Shown: positions 28,095 through 37,736, numbered from the stretch's first letter. The stretch: DNA of 64,000 bases from Alphaproteobacteria bacterium (GCA_024275825.1 JAJRYK010000020.1:181861-245860), one strand, 5' to 3'. The notes: generated from the letters alone by a model not told the origin. Numbers and translations: made by a program.

Positions 28095-28724
28095 TTAAGG
28101 TTTAACATTCCAAGCTGTGACGCTCCAGCAATTATCGCTGTATTCTAAAATCCCCAGCGCGCCTGTGGAAAGTTTTATGTTGTGCTTTTCTTTAAATCCC
28201 TCAAAATCTCCCGTAATATGCGGCGCAAATCTGGCGATGCCGTTTGAGGTTACGACGAGGATGGTTTCCCCATGGTCGAAGGAGTCGTCATGGGTGCGGA
28301 TTTGGCCTGCAAAATCGTGCCAGTTTTTGATGATTTGATCGGGGTCAGCATTCCAGCCCTTTGGCACGATCGCGTTTTCGTCCCAGTCTTTGATTGCCTC
28401 GGTGCCAATGCGGGCGATGACTTCGTTTTCTGGCTTGTTTTCATCGGGGCCGTAATCAATTTCATTAAACATATCAAGCTGATATGGGTGATTGCTAAAG
28501 CCGCTTTCCTTGACGGCGATACGCGCTGTTTCGATAGTGCGCTGTAGGTTTGATGTGTAAACAACGTCCGGTATCAGTTTGTTTTCATTAAGATATCGCC
28601 CGATCGCACGCGCTTGCTCTTCGCCTTTCTCAACCAAAGGCAAATCCGTCCGCGCGCCAACGCGGGTGGGGGTGTCTTCGGGGGCGAATGTATTGCCGTG
28701 ACGGGCGATGATTAATGTGGTCAT
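28095..28724 (-). CDS. Histidine phosphatase superfamily protein (phosphoglycerate-mutase-like)
   Basis: LIIARHGNT catalytic RHG motif at the N-terminus. 209 aa. Its start overlaps the kdsB stop (ATGA). Confidence 0.75.
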   Translation of the reverse strand: MTTLIIARHGNTFAPEDTPTRVGARTDLPLVEKGEEQARAIGRYLNENKLIPDVVYTSNLQRTIETARIAVKESGFSNHPYQLDMFNEIDYGPDENKPENEVIARIGTEAIKDWDENAIVPKGWNADPDQIIKNWHDFAGQIRTHDDSFDHGETILVVTSNGIARFAPHITGDFEGFKEKHNIKLSTGALGILEYSDNCWSVTAWNVKP

Positions 28725-29503
28725 GACAGGAGCTTTTCCGCGCGCTCTAAATCTTCCGGTGTATCAATTCCGGTTTGGATTAGGCCGCTATCCAGCTCTA
28801 TCTTTACCGTTTGGATAGCGATGCCGTTTTCCAGCAGGCGGAGCTGTTCTAGCCCTTCTAGCTGTTCGTAGTGGCTTTGCGGCAGGGCGCAAAACTTCTC
28901 CAGCATATCGGTGCGGTAGCCATAGACTCCCATATGTTGATAAATGGGAGAGTGCGCTGCGCTGCGGTCTTCTTTGCGGATTGCCGGGATAATGTTTTTT
29001 GAAAACCAGAGCGCCTGACCGCCCGCATTAATGGTCACAGTTGTGCCGCTGAATGGTGTGATCTTTTTGGCCTCGCGCAGGCGATCCAGATCGTCCCAGC
29101 CTAGCTGATGCACCGGCGTTACGACGTTTATCTCGGGGTTATCGAGAAATGTTTCGATCAATGCTTCGATGACTTCCGGCGGGGTAAAGGGTGCATCGCC
29201 CTGCAAATTAATCACAAAGTCATAGCGCTTATCTATCTTGTTCAGCGCGGCCAGAACGCGATCAGACCCGGTCGCACAATCTGCCGCTGTAATAACGCAG
29301 ACCACATCGATCTCTTTGCAATGCGCGGCGATGCTCTGGTCTTCGGTTGTAACAAGCACGTCGATATTTTTATGCTGCGTAGCCACCCCGCGTGCTAGAT
29401 CCACAACGCGGCTCAGCATCGTCTGCCCTCCAATCTTCGCCAGCGGTTTACCGGGAAAACGAGAGGAACCATAGCGGGCAGGGATAATTATTGCGATGTT
29501 CAT
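28721..29503 (-). CDS. kdsB: 3-deoxy-manno-octulosonate cytidylyltransferase (CMP-Kdo synthetase)
   Basis: IIIPARYGSSRFPGKPL N-terminal signature. 260 aa. Confidence 0.9.
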   Translation of the reverse strand: MNIAIIIPARYGSSRFPGKPLAKIGGQTMLSRVVDLARGVATQHKNIDVLVTTEDQSIAAHCKEIDVVCVITAADCATGSDRVLAALNKIDKRYDFVINLQGDAPFTPPEVIEALIETFLDNPEINVVTPVHQLGWDDLDRLREAKKITPFSGTTVTINAGGQALWFSKNIIPAIRKEDRSAAHSPIYQHMGVYGYRTDMLEKFCALPQSHYEQLEGLEQLRLLENGIAIQTVKIELDSGLIQTGIDTPEDLERAEKLLS

Positions 29504-31338
29504 TATTTAGTACCTTCCTTCACCCACCATGTTTGATTAATCATTGGTGAAATGCCGGAGAGGTTTTCCGGGCGCTTTAGGTTATTCCAATAGGCGATGC
29601 GCCATTTGGGGTAGTGCCACATGGGGATGACATAGTGGTTCCACAGCAAAATGCGATCCATCGCACGGGTTTTTGTGACCAGATCTTCGCGTGATCTGGC
29701 GGTGATAATCTGGCCAATCAGCGCGTCAATCACTGGGTCTTTGATGCCGATCATATTGCGGGAACCGGAAATATCGGCCTTGTCGCTGCCCCAGAAATCA
29801 CGCTGCTCATTACCCGGAGAGCTGGATTGACCAAAGCTTGTGATCGTCATATCAAAATCAAAATCATTCATGCGGTTTTGATATTGCGCGCTGTCCACCA
29901 CACGGAAATTAGCCTTCACCCCGATGCGCTTCAAATTTTGGATAAAAGGAAGCGTCCAGCGCTCAAATTGTGGATTAGAGTCCAGAATTTCAAACTCCAG
30001 CCGCACGCCGTTTTTAGTGCGAATGCCGTCATCGCCAAGCGCGTAGCCCGCCGCATCGAGCATTGTCATCGCGCTGCGCAGGTTTTTGCGTGCATTGCCC
30101 GAACCATCTGTGAGCGGCGCTTTATAGATTTTGGTGAAGACTTCGCTGGAGATTTTATCTTTATACGGCGCAAGAATTTCAAGCTCCGCTGCGCTGGGCA
30201 GGCCGTCCGGAGATTCATGAGAGGCCAGTTCCGAATTCTCAAAATAGCTATTCGTGCGGCTATATGCGCCGTAAGCAAATTGCTTGTTCGACCATTCAAA
30301 ATCAAACGCATAAGCCAGAGCTTCCCGCACGGTTTTATCCTTAAAGATAGCGCGGCGCGTGTTCATGACGAAGGCCTGCATGCCTGCGGGGCGTGTATTG
30401 CTGATGGTTTCTTTGATGATCCGGCCATCCTTGACGGGCGCAGCGTCATAGGCAGTTTCCCAGAGCTTGGCGGTGTTTTCGATCTTCACATCATATTCAC
30501 CGGCGAAAAACGCCTCCAGCGCGACATTTGCATCGCGGTAATAATCATACTGGATGCGATCAAAATTATTGAAACCCTTAAAGAACGGCAAATCTTTGCC
30601 CCACCAGTTCGGATCGCGGACATACTCAATAGAGCGTCCAGCATCGATCTTTCCAATTTTGTATGGCCCGCTGCCCAGTGGCGGTTCGAGCGAGGTTTCG
30701 TTGAAATTTTTGTCCGCCCAATAGTGCTTCGGCAGTACAATCATTTCTGCGACAATGAGCGGTAGCTCTGCATTGCCCGCAACGCCAAAGGTGAATTTAA
30801 CGCGGCTGTGGCTCTCGGCTTTCACGTTGGTTACATCATGCCAATAGGCCTTAAAAAATGGCGCGCCATGTTCGATTAGCGTATTAAATGTCCACACCAC
30901 ATCATCGGCGGTGATCGGCTTGCCGTCATGCCAGCGCGCTTCGGGGCGTAAATTAAAGGCCACCCATGATCGATCATCGGCGATCTCAATGCTTTCGGCG
31001 ATAATGCCATAGAGCGAAAACGGCTCATCTGCGCTGTTTTGCATCAGGCTTTCATAAAGCAATCCGCTGCGGATATAGTTCAGCCCGGCTGCGGTAGAGC
31101 CTTTAATGATAAACGGATTAAGGCTGTCAAAACTGCCAATCACCTCGCTCTTAAGCGTGCCGCCCTTCGGCGCATTTGGATTAACGTAGTCGAGATGCAC
31201 AAAATTCGGCCCATATTTTGGTGTGCCGTGCAGGGCGATGGCGTGCTGCGGCGTTGGTTCGGCTCCGTTTTGCGCGAACGTAGAGCTTGTGCTGATGATG
31301 AATATCAGGGCGAGGATGGCGGTGAGTTTAAGGGTCAT
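29503..31338 (-). CDS. yejA: Periplasmic substrate-binding protein of the Yej-type peptide importer (SBP family 5)
   Basis: 611 aa with a signal peptide (ILALIFIISTSSTFA). Length and operon partners fit YejA. Confidence 0.8.
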   Translation of the reverse strand: MTLKLTAILALIFIISTSSTFAQNGAEPTPQHAIALHGTPKYGPNFVHLDYVNPNAPKGGTLKSEVIGSFDSLNPFIIKGSTAAGLNYIRSGLLYESLMQNSADEPFSLYGIIAESIEIADDRSWVAFNLRPEARWHDGKPITADDVVWTFNTLIEHGAPFFKAYWHDVTNVKAESHSRVKFTFGVAGNAELPLIVAEMIVLPKHYWADKNFNETSLEPPLGSGPYKIGKIDAGRSIEYVRDPNWWGKDLPFFKGFNNFDRIQYDYYRDANVALEAFFAGEYDVKIENTAKLWETAYDAAPVKDGRIIKETISNTRPAGMQAFVMNTRRAIFKDKTVREALAYAFDFEWSNKQFAYGAYSRTNSYFENSELASHESPDGLPSAAELEILAPYKDKISSEVFTKIYKAPLTDGSGNARKNLRSAMTMLDAAGYALGDDGIRTKNGVRLEFEILDSNPQFERWTLPFIQNLKRIGVKANFRVVDSAQYQNRMNDFDFDMTITSFGQSSSPGNEQRDFWGSDKADISGSRNMIGIKDPVIDALIGQIITARSREDLVTKTRAMDRILLWNHYVIPMWHYPKWRIAYWNNLKRPENLSGISPMINQTWWVKEGTK

Positions 31339-31351
31339 CTATTTTGTATTC

Positions 31352-32635
31352 CTAGCTTGTTTTCTTCTTATAAACGCCCTGTGGGTGAGGCTTGCCAAAT
31401 AGATACCCCTGACCGTAATGGATGTCAAAGTCGAGGATTTCTTTTAGGGCGCGTTCGTTTTCAATTTTTTCGACGATGAAGCGGATGCCGTTGCCCTCCA
31501 GGCGTTTTTTGAGGCGGTTCATGGCGGCGAAGTCGCGTTCATTTTTGCTGTGGTTAAGTAGCTCTGCCGCATCGATTTTAACGAAGCGGACTTTCAGGAC
31601 CTGCAGGAATTTAATGTCAAAATCGAGGCTGGTGACATGATCGATGGAAATCGCGCAGCCTAAACGCCCCAGACCGCGTAGAATTTCGAGAATCGCGGGC
31701 GACATATCATCAAATTCCTTTTGCTGAATTTCAAATATCAGGCGCGGTGCGAGGTAGCGTTTTTGTGATAGAAAGCCCAAAAGTTGTTTCATGAATAGCG
31801 CATTGGATAGCGTCGCACTGGTGATGTTGATGAAAAGCGGCGCGGCCTTTTCTAAATGCGCGGTGTCTTCAATGCTTTTGAGGCATTGCATCAGCAGCAA
31901 ATGATCAACCTTGTTCATCACCTTGTCTTCGCGAGCGAGTGCCATGTAGCGCGCAGCGGGCAGGTACATGCCGGGTTTAGCGCGGATGCGGGCGAAGATT
32001 TCATAGAAGCTTGTTTTACGTTGTGGCAGGCGAACGATGGGCTGGACGAAGACGCCAACCTGGCTTTCGCGCACGGCATGCTGGATCAATTCTTTCACAA
32101 TCATATCGCTGAGGCCGTCATAATCGGCGCGCGGATCGTAATTTGCCGGTGTGCTGGTCAGTGGAGGATCTTTGCGGCGCCGGTTGTCGTCTTCAGTGAT
32201 GAGAGCTTGGTTCGTATGACGCTCTTTTGGCTTTGCGGGAGAGGCTTTTACGTGCTGTGTTCGCTTGGGTGCATTGTTTGAGTGTGCTGATGTTGCGCTA
32301 TCGCCGGAGATTCTGATTTTTTGGAGATCATCCTTTATATCTTCAATCGCGTATCGTTGAACGGCGAGCTCTTTGCTTAAATTTGTTTGTTCATCTTTCA
32401 GGCGTTTAAATTTGAATTGTGATCCGATTTCCCAAAAGCCGCGGCGATTATTTTCGTAGAGTAAAAACGCACTGCCTGCGATGACCGCGAGCGTCGTTAG
32501 CGAAAGCTGCAGCGAAACAAAAGCCAGCGCAGTGACGAGCACTGTTGAAACAATAGCGCCAGTGAGCAGCTTTGCTGTGCTCAGCGCCGTTTTATGCGCT
32601 GACTTTTTTGATGCTGTTTTCTTTTTCCCGGCCAT
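31352..32635 (-). CDS. Membrane-anchored coiled-coil protein with a degenerate EAL domain (TipF-like candidate)
   Basis: N-terminal TM segments and a coiled coil precede an EAL fold with altered catalytic motifs: FEIQQ in place of E-x-L-E, ISIDHV in place of DDFG, and a retained GQGYLFGKP. This architecture equals the Caulobacter flagellar-placement factor TipF. Confidence 0.55.
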   Translation of the reverse strand: MAGKKKTASKKSAHKTALSTAKLLTGAIVSTVLVTALAFVSLQLSLTTLAVIAGSAFLLYENNRRGFWEIGSQFKFKRLKDEQTNLSKELAVQRYAIEDIKDDLQKIRISGDSATSAHSNNAPKRTQHVKASPAKPKERHTNQALITEDDNRRRKDPPLTSTPANYDPRADYDGLSDMIVKELIQHAVRESQVGVFVQPIVRLPQRKTSFYEIFARIRAKPGMYLPAARYMALAREDKVMNKVDHLLLMQCLKSIEDTAHLEKAAPLFINITSATLSNALFMKQLLGFLSQKRYLAPRLIFEIQQKEFDDMSPAILEILRGLGRLGCAISIDHVTSLDFDIKFLQVLKVRFVKIDAAELLNHSKNERDFAAMNRLKKRLEGNGIRFIVEKIENERALKEILDFDIHYGQGYLFGKPHPQGVYKKKTS

Positions 32636-32669
32636 TGCGGCAGTGCTACCCTATAGTGAAAGACCCAAG

Positions 32670-33749
32670 CTATAATTTAACACTAACTCCTATGGCTTGT
32701 GCAATGTTGTTAAGGCCATCAGCGCGTAAAAGCTCCACAAGCTCGCGATTGATTGTGCTTGCGATTGCTGGGCCTTGGAAGATGAGGCCAGTGTAGAGCT
32801 GAACCAAACTCGCGCCGGCTTTGATTTTATCATAGGCGTCACGACCGTTTGAAATGCCGCCTACGCCAATGATCGGGGTTTGGCCTTTGGTGAGTTTGTA
32901 GAAATTGCTGATAATTGCGGTAGAGCGCTGCGTCAAAGGTTTTCCGCTGAGGCCGCCTGTGCGCGCCGCGAAATTAGCGGGCAAATTTTCTGGTCGTGCA
33001 AGCGTGGTGTTGCCCAGTATAATGCCGTCTATTTCAGCCTCCAGCAGCGCGCCAGCCAGCTCTTCCTGTTGTGCATCTTCGAGATCGGGCGCGAGCTTGA
33101 CCAAAATTGGTGGCGGATGATCACCGCAGGATTTTTGACGTTCGTCTTTAATGGCGCTTAAAAGCTCGAGCAGCGGTTCACGCTTTTGTAGATCGCGCAG
33201 GCCCGGTGTGTTGGGCGAGGAGATATTGATGGTCAAATAATCTGCCATCGGACCGAGCATTTTGATCAGCGCGCAGTAATCTTTTGCGGGCTGGTCTTGG
33301 GTTTTATTCATGCCGATATTAATGCCAACTGCGCCTTGTGCTTTGTGACGACGGCTCAGAAACTGTTCGAGATTGGCCTTGAAGACCGTCATGCCGTCAT
33401 TGGGAAAGCCCATCGCATTGATCACGGCCTCGTGCGTTGGGTCACGAAAGACGCGCGGCTTTGGGTTGCCCTCTTGCGGTTTGGGCGTTACGGTCCCCGC
33501 CTCGACAAAGCCAAACCCGAGTTTAAATGCGGGAGCAATGACTTCTGCATTTTTATCAAAGCCTGCTGACAGGCCGATGGGGTTGGGGAATTTTAGGCCC
33601 CAAAGCTCGATCTTTAGTGCCTCATTTTTAACGGGTGTGCAGGATGGAAAAACGCCTGCTTTCATGGCCTTTAAGGTCAGGTTATGCGCGGTTTCCGGCT
33701 CGATGGTAAATAGTAGCGGGCGGAGCAAGCCATAGGCGTTTAGGCTCAT
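32670..33749 (-). CDS. pyrD: Dihydroorotate dehydrogenase (quinone), class 2
   Basis: 359 aa with GFVEAGTVTPKPQEGNPKPR and GGISNGRDAYDKIKAGASLVQLYT. Confidence 0.92.
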   Translation of the reverse strand: MSLNAYGLLRPLLFTIEPETAHNLTLKAMKAGVFPSCTPVKNEALKIELWGLKFPNPIGLSAGFDKNAEVIAPAFKLGFGFVEAGTVTPKPQEGNPKPRVFRDPTHEAVINAMGFPNDGMTVFKANLEQFLSRRHKAQGAVGINIGMNKTQDQPAKDYCALIKMLGPMADYLTINISSPNTPGLRDLQKREPLLELLSAIKDERQKSCGDHPPPILVKLAPDLEDAQQEELAGALLEAEIDGIILGNTTLARPENLPANFAARTGGLSGKPLTQRSTAIISNFYKLTKGQTPIIGVGGISNGRDAYDKIKAGASLVQLYTGLIFQGPAIASTINRELVELLRADGLNNIAQAIGVSVKL

Positions 33750-34453
33750 TCCTTGCTCTCGTCATCTGCGCTTGGTTTTTTCTTTTTCTTCGGTTTTGGC
33801 TTTGATGCGGGCTCTGATTCTGGTTTTGATTCCAGCTCAGCCTTTACTTCATCAGGCTTAGCATCAGCGCCGGAGGTTGGCCCGCACATATGCGCCAGTC
33901 CGGCCTTGAGGTAATCGCAGCCGGTATAGGCGGTGAGCGCTGTTGCGCCCATGAGTGCCAGAACGCCCAGTGTTGCTGCGCCAAACATATAGGGTGCGAT
34001 GATCAAAATGCCCATAGCGACCATCTGCGCGGCGGTTTTCCACTTGGCTAAATCACTGACAGGCACCTGAATGTCTTTCGGCCCCAAATATTCCCGCAAG
34101 CCCGCCACGAGAAATTCCCGCGCAATGATGATCACGGCCAGCAGCACGAAAATACCGTTCAGGCGATCTGTGCCCAAAAGCATCATCATGATGGTCACGA
34201 CATAAATTTTGTCGGAGATGGGATCGAGAAACGTGCCAAACTCCGACACTTGATCATATTTACGCGCCACCCAGCCATCCAGATAATCGGTCAGCGCGCC
34301 GATGATATAGAGCGTCAGCGCAACGCTGGCCGCCCATGCTGCCGGAATAAACATCAGCAGCACGATGAACGGCAGCAGCGCCAAGCGCGTCACCGTCAGG
34401 ATATTCGGCAGCGTCCAAAACTCTGCATCTGCAAAAGGTAAGCGTGTCATCAT
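33746..34453 (-). CDS. pgsA: CDP-diacylglycerol--glycerol-3-phosphate 3-phosphatidyltransferase with a Lys-rich C-terminal tail
   Basis: CDP-alcohol phosphatidyltransferase motif DYLDGWVARKYDQVSEFGTFLDPISDK. Confidence 0.85.
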   Translation of the reverse strand: MMTRLPFADAEFWTLPNILTVTRLALLPFIVLLMFIPAAWAASVALTLYIIGALTDYLDGWVARKYDQVSEFGTFLDPISDKIYVVTIMMMLLGTDRLNGIFVLLAVIIIAREFLVAGLREYLGPKDIQVPVSDLAKWKTAAQMVAMGILIIAPYMFGAATLGVLALMGATALTAYTGCDYLKAGLAHMCGPTSGADAKPDEVKAELESKPESEPASKPKPKKKKKPSADDESKE

Positions 34454-34466
34454 GATGTGGTTTGTC

Positions 34467-35180
34467 CTAGCCTATCGCTGCTGTTTTTTCGTCTTCTGTT
34501 TGCGGATCGCGCAGAACATAGCCGCGGCCCCAGACGGTTTCGATGTAGTTAGACCCATCGGTTGCATCTTCCAGCTTTTTACGGAGTTTGCAGATAAACA
34601 CGTCGATGATCTTCACTTCCGGCTCGTCCATACCGCCATATAGGTGGTTGAGGAACATTTCTTTGGTCAGGGTTGAGCCTTTGCGCAAGCTCAGCAGCTC
34701 CATAATGCCGTATTCTTTGCCGGTCAGATGAAGCATTCTGCCATCGACCTCAACTGTGCGGGAATCTAAATTGACCTTTACGCGGCCGGTTTCTATGATG
34801 CTCTGCGCATGGCCTTGAGAGCGGCGAACGATCGCCTGAATGCGCGCAATCAGCTCGCGTTTGTCAAACGGTTTGGTCAAATAATCATCTGCCCCATAGC
34901 CAAGACCTTTGATTTTATTGTCCAGCTCCGTCAAGCCAGAGAGAATCAAAATCGGCGTCTCAACTTTGGCTTCACGAAGCGCCTTAAGCACGTCATAACC
35001 GTCCATATCCGGCAACATCAGATCCAAAATAATGATGTCGTAATCGTAGGATTTGCTTAAACCCAAATCCAAACCATCCTCACCCAGATCAGTCATATCA
35101 ACGATATACCCCTCCGATTTAAGCATAAGCTCGATAGATTTCGCTGTAGATGTGTCATCTTCGACCAAAAGTACGCGCAT
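34467..35180 (-). CDS. ctrA: Cell-cycle master response regulator CtrA
   Basis: [40 protein letters not shown]...[27 protein letters not shown] is near-collinear with known CtrA proteins. The C-terminus is an OmpR-type winged helix. Confidence 0.92.
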   Translation of the reverse strand: MRVLLVEDDTSTAKSIELMLKSEGYIVDMTDLGEDGLDLGLSKSYDYDIIILDLMLPDMDGYDVLKALREAKVETPILILSGLTELDNKIKGLGYGADDYLTKPFDKRELIARIQAIVRRSQGHAQSIIETGRVKVNLDSRTVEVDGRMLHLTGKEYGIMELLSLRKGSTLTKEMFLNHLYGGMDEPEVKIIDVFICKLRKKLEDATDGSNYIETVWGRGYVLRDPQTEDEKTAAIG

Positions 35181-35254
35181 GTTATTGATTCCTCTGTGTT
35201 ATTTAGTGTTATTCTTTTTGTTTGCTCAAATTAAGGCGGTGGGGTTCCCCATAG

Positions 35255-35298
35255 GCCAGATATGTTAAAATTAGTTAACGTTTCTTAATATATTTTAA
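35255..35298. promoter_or_regulatory. Five TTAA motifs phased exactly every 10 bp in the ctrA upstream region
   Basis: TTAA starts at 35255, 35265, 35275, 35285 and 35295 (TTAAaattagTTAAcgtttcTTAAtatattTTAAcaaagaTTAAc). The array lies 75-118 nt upstream of the ctrA ATG. Its function is not established. Confidence 0.4.
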
Positions 35299-35341
35299 CA
35301 AAGATTAACGAGTAGGGCAAATGGTAAGTTTGAGCCTTTTC

Positions 35342-35370
35342 TTGACATAAGTGCGAGTTGTGTATATTAA
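35342..35370 (+). promoter_or_regulatory. Putative sigma-70-type promoter for ORF 35414
   Basis: A perfect -35 TTGACA (35342-35347) and a TATATTAA block 15-17 nt downstream, about 45 nt before the ATG. Confidence 0.4.
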
Positions 35371-35413
35371 TTTCTTTCAAAGTAAACAATCAACCAAAAA
35401 GTGAGTAATTAAA

Positions 35414-35752
35414 ATGTCAACTAAACAACAAAATTCTGATAGCAGCCTGCGCATAATGTCAATTTTTTGTGCTGTTGGTTGTGCTGCTCTAGCTGGTGGT
35501 ACTATGTGGGCTGCAGGGGAGTTCGCAGGGGGATCAAATGATGCTTATTATACAGACCGAATTCCTACGTTATCACCTCAAGAAATTGACGCAGTAAGAG
35601 ACATGTCTAATAAAGACCGCGCTTTGATGGCGGCATTTTGGGCTGGTGTTGCTGGTTTTGGGGCGGCAAGTCTTATGGGGGGTGTTGGTTGTAATACTGA
35701 GGAAGAAGACGGAAACTTTCCAGAGGGCTATGATACGCCTGCTAATGGATAG
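35414..35752 (+). CDS. Small hypothetical membrane protein upstream of fliI
   Basis: 112 aa with two Gly/Ala-rich hydrophobic segments (IFCAVGCAALAGGTMWAAG, AAFWAGVAGFGAASLMGGVG). No family recognised. Confidence 0.4.
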   Translation: MSTKQQNSDSSLRIMSIFCAVGCAALAGGTMWAAGEFAGGSNDAYYTDRIPTLSPQEIDAVRDMSNKDRALMAAFWAGVAGFGAASLMGGVGCNTEEEDGNFPEGYDTPANG

Positions 35753-35872
35753 GCCATCTAAAGAATTGCACTGAATTGTCGCCATTCTTCATTATTCTAA
35801 AATTAAGACATAGTATTCTATGATTTTTTCATCATGTTTTTTCTTCTTGGGAAAAAGTGTTAAGCTACCTCT

Positions 35873-37309
35873 ATGGACCGATTAGCCGACCAAGCCAAAG
35901 CTGCTATTTCTCTTCTTCCCGACAAGATTGTCTATGGGGAGGTGACGAAGATTCTTGGGCTTTTGATAGAAATTGCCGGGTTTGGCTCGGGGCTTTCTAT
36001 TGGCTCGATGGTGCATTTACGGCCTGAAGCCAGTGGGTATGCCAAGGAAACAGGTGGTGGGCGCGATATTCCGTGTGAGGTTGTGGGGTTTCGTGATGGC
36101 CATGCGCTGTTGATGCCTTTTGGCACTTTGGAGGGCGTCGGGCTGGGCTGTAAGGCGGTTATTCAGGATAAAGCGCCGGTGATTTGCCCGGATGAAAGCT
36201 GGTTGGGCCGGGTGATTAATGGCATGGGCGAGCCGATTGACGGCAAGGGGCCGCTGGGTCAGGGGGCGCATCCTGTGAAGCTGAAGAACAAGCCGCCGCC
36301 GCCGCATCAGCGCCAGCGCATGGGCGGGCAGCTTGATCTGGGCGTGCGGGCGGTCAACACATTTTTGGCAACATGTCAGGGACAGCGCATGGGGATATTC
36401 TCTGGCTCCGGCGTGGGAAAATCGGTGCTGCTGTCAATGATGGCGCGCTATACGGCGGCGGATGTGTCGATTATCGGCCTGGTCGGAGAGCGCGGTCGTG
36501 AGGTGCAGGAATTTCTGGAGGATGATCTGGGCGTGGACGGCCTTGCGCGCTCCGTCGTTGTGGTGGCCACGGGGGATGAGCCCGCGCTGATGAGACGGCA
36601 GGCAGCCTATATGACGCTGGCGTTATCTGAATATTTCCGGGATCAGAATAAGAAAGTTTTGTGCCTTATGGACTCGGTGACGCGCTTTGCGATGGCGCAG
36701 CGGGAGATTGGCCTCTCCGCAGGGGAACCGCCGACATCAAAGGGCTATCCGCCCACGACGTTTGGGGAGCTATCCAGATTGCTTGAGCGCGCGGGGCCGG
36801 GCGTGGCTGGCGCAGGCTCTATCACGGGGCTGTTTTCCGTTCTGGTGGAGGGGGATGATCATAACGAGCCGATTTCCGATGCGGTGCGGGGAATCGTTGA
36901 CGGGCATATAGTGATGCAGCGCGAGATTGCCGATCGCGGGCGCTATCCGGCGATTAATATCCTCAAATCTATATCAAGAGCACTGCCTGCGGCATTAACT
37001 GATGAGCAAAATGCGGTGATTAAACGCGCGAAGCAGGTGATTACAAGCTATGAGGACATGGCGGAACTGATAAGGCTGGGCGCGTATCGCAAGGGCAGTG
37101 ACCTGGATGTGGATGAGGCGATCAGGCTCTATCCAGAGATTGAGGAGTTTTTGTCACAAAATAAGGGGGAAAGCACATTGATCGAGGATGGGTTTGAGCG
37201 TATGGCGCAGATCTTGGGGATGTCATACGGCAATGATTTTGGCGGGGTCAGCAGTTTCATGCCACCGGAGCTTGGTGTGCCGGGCGTAGGAGAGCCAGAG
37301 GATGGCTGA
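35873..37309 (+). CDS. fliI: Flagellum-specific ATPase FliI
   Basis: Walker [16 protein letters not shown] and Walker [14 protein letters not shown]1/T3SS ATPase fold. Confidence 0.93.
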   Translation: MDRLADQAKAAISLLPDKIVYGEVTKILGLLIEIAGFGSGLSIGSMVHLRPEASGYAKETGGGRDIPCEVVGFRDGHALLMPFGTLEGVGLGCKAVIQDKAPVICPDESWLGRVINGMGEPIDGKGPLGQGAHPVKLKNKPPPPHQRQRMGGQLDLGVRAVNTFLATCQGQRMGIFSGSGVGKSVLLSMMARYTAADVSIIGLVGERGREVQEFLEDDLGVDGLARSVVVVATGDEPALMRRQAAYMTLALSEYFRDQNKKVLCLMDSVTRFAMAQREIGLSAGEPPTSKGYPPTTFGELSRLLERAGPGVAGAGSITGLFSVLVEGDDHNEPISDAVRGIVDGHIVMQREIADRGRYPAINILKSISRALPAALTDEQNAVIKRAKQVITSYEDMAELIRLGAYRKGSDLDVDEAIRLYPEIEEFLSQNKGESTLIEDGFERMAQILGMSYGNDFGGVSSFMPPELGVPGVGEPEDG

Positions 37310-37727
37310 TCTAAACCCCCTTATCCGTGTGCGCAAACATGTTGTGGAGCAGAAGCAGAAGTTTTTGTCTGAGCTGTATAAGCACGCCGAGGAGTTGGAT
37401 CAGCAGAAGGTAACGCTTCTGGCGCAGCTGGCGGAGGAGCAGGAAAAGACGGCAGAGATGGGGGTGGAGTTTCAGGCCTATTTCGCGCCCTATGCGGAAT
37501 CGGTAAAGCACCGCGTGGCCGATATCGATCATGCGCGCGGGCAGCTTGAGGTGCGCATTGAAATTGGGCGTGAAGATATACGCAAGGCCTTTGCCGAGCT
37601 AAAGAAGATCGAAATCACGCAAGAGCGCCGTGAGGGCGAAGAGCAGGCGGAGATTGATAAGAAGGAATCTGATGAGCTGGATGAAATCGGGATAGAGGTT
37701 TATCGGCGGAGGCAGGCGGAGGAGTGA
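37302..37727 (+). CDS. fliJ: Flagellar export chaperone-like coiled-coil protein FliJ
   Basis: 141 aa, all coiled-coil. Overlaps the fliI stop by 8 nt, the standard position of fliJ. Confidence 0.65.
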   Translation: MADLNPLIRVRKHVVEQKQKFLSELYKHAEELDQQKVTLLAQLAEEQEKTAEMGVEFQAYFAPYAESVKHRVADIDHARGQLEVRIEIGREDIRKAFAELKKIEITQERREGEEQAEIDKKESDELDEIGIEVYRRRQAEE

Positions 37728-37736
37728 GATGCGGTT

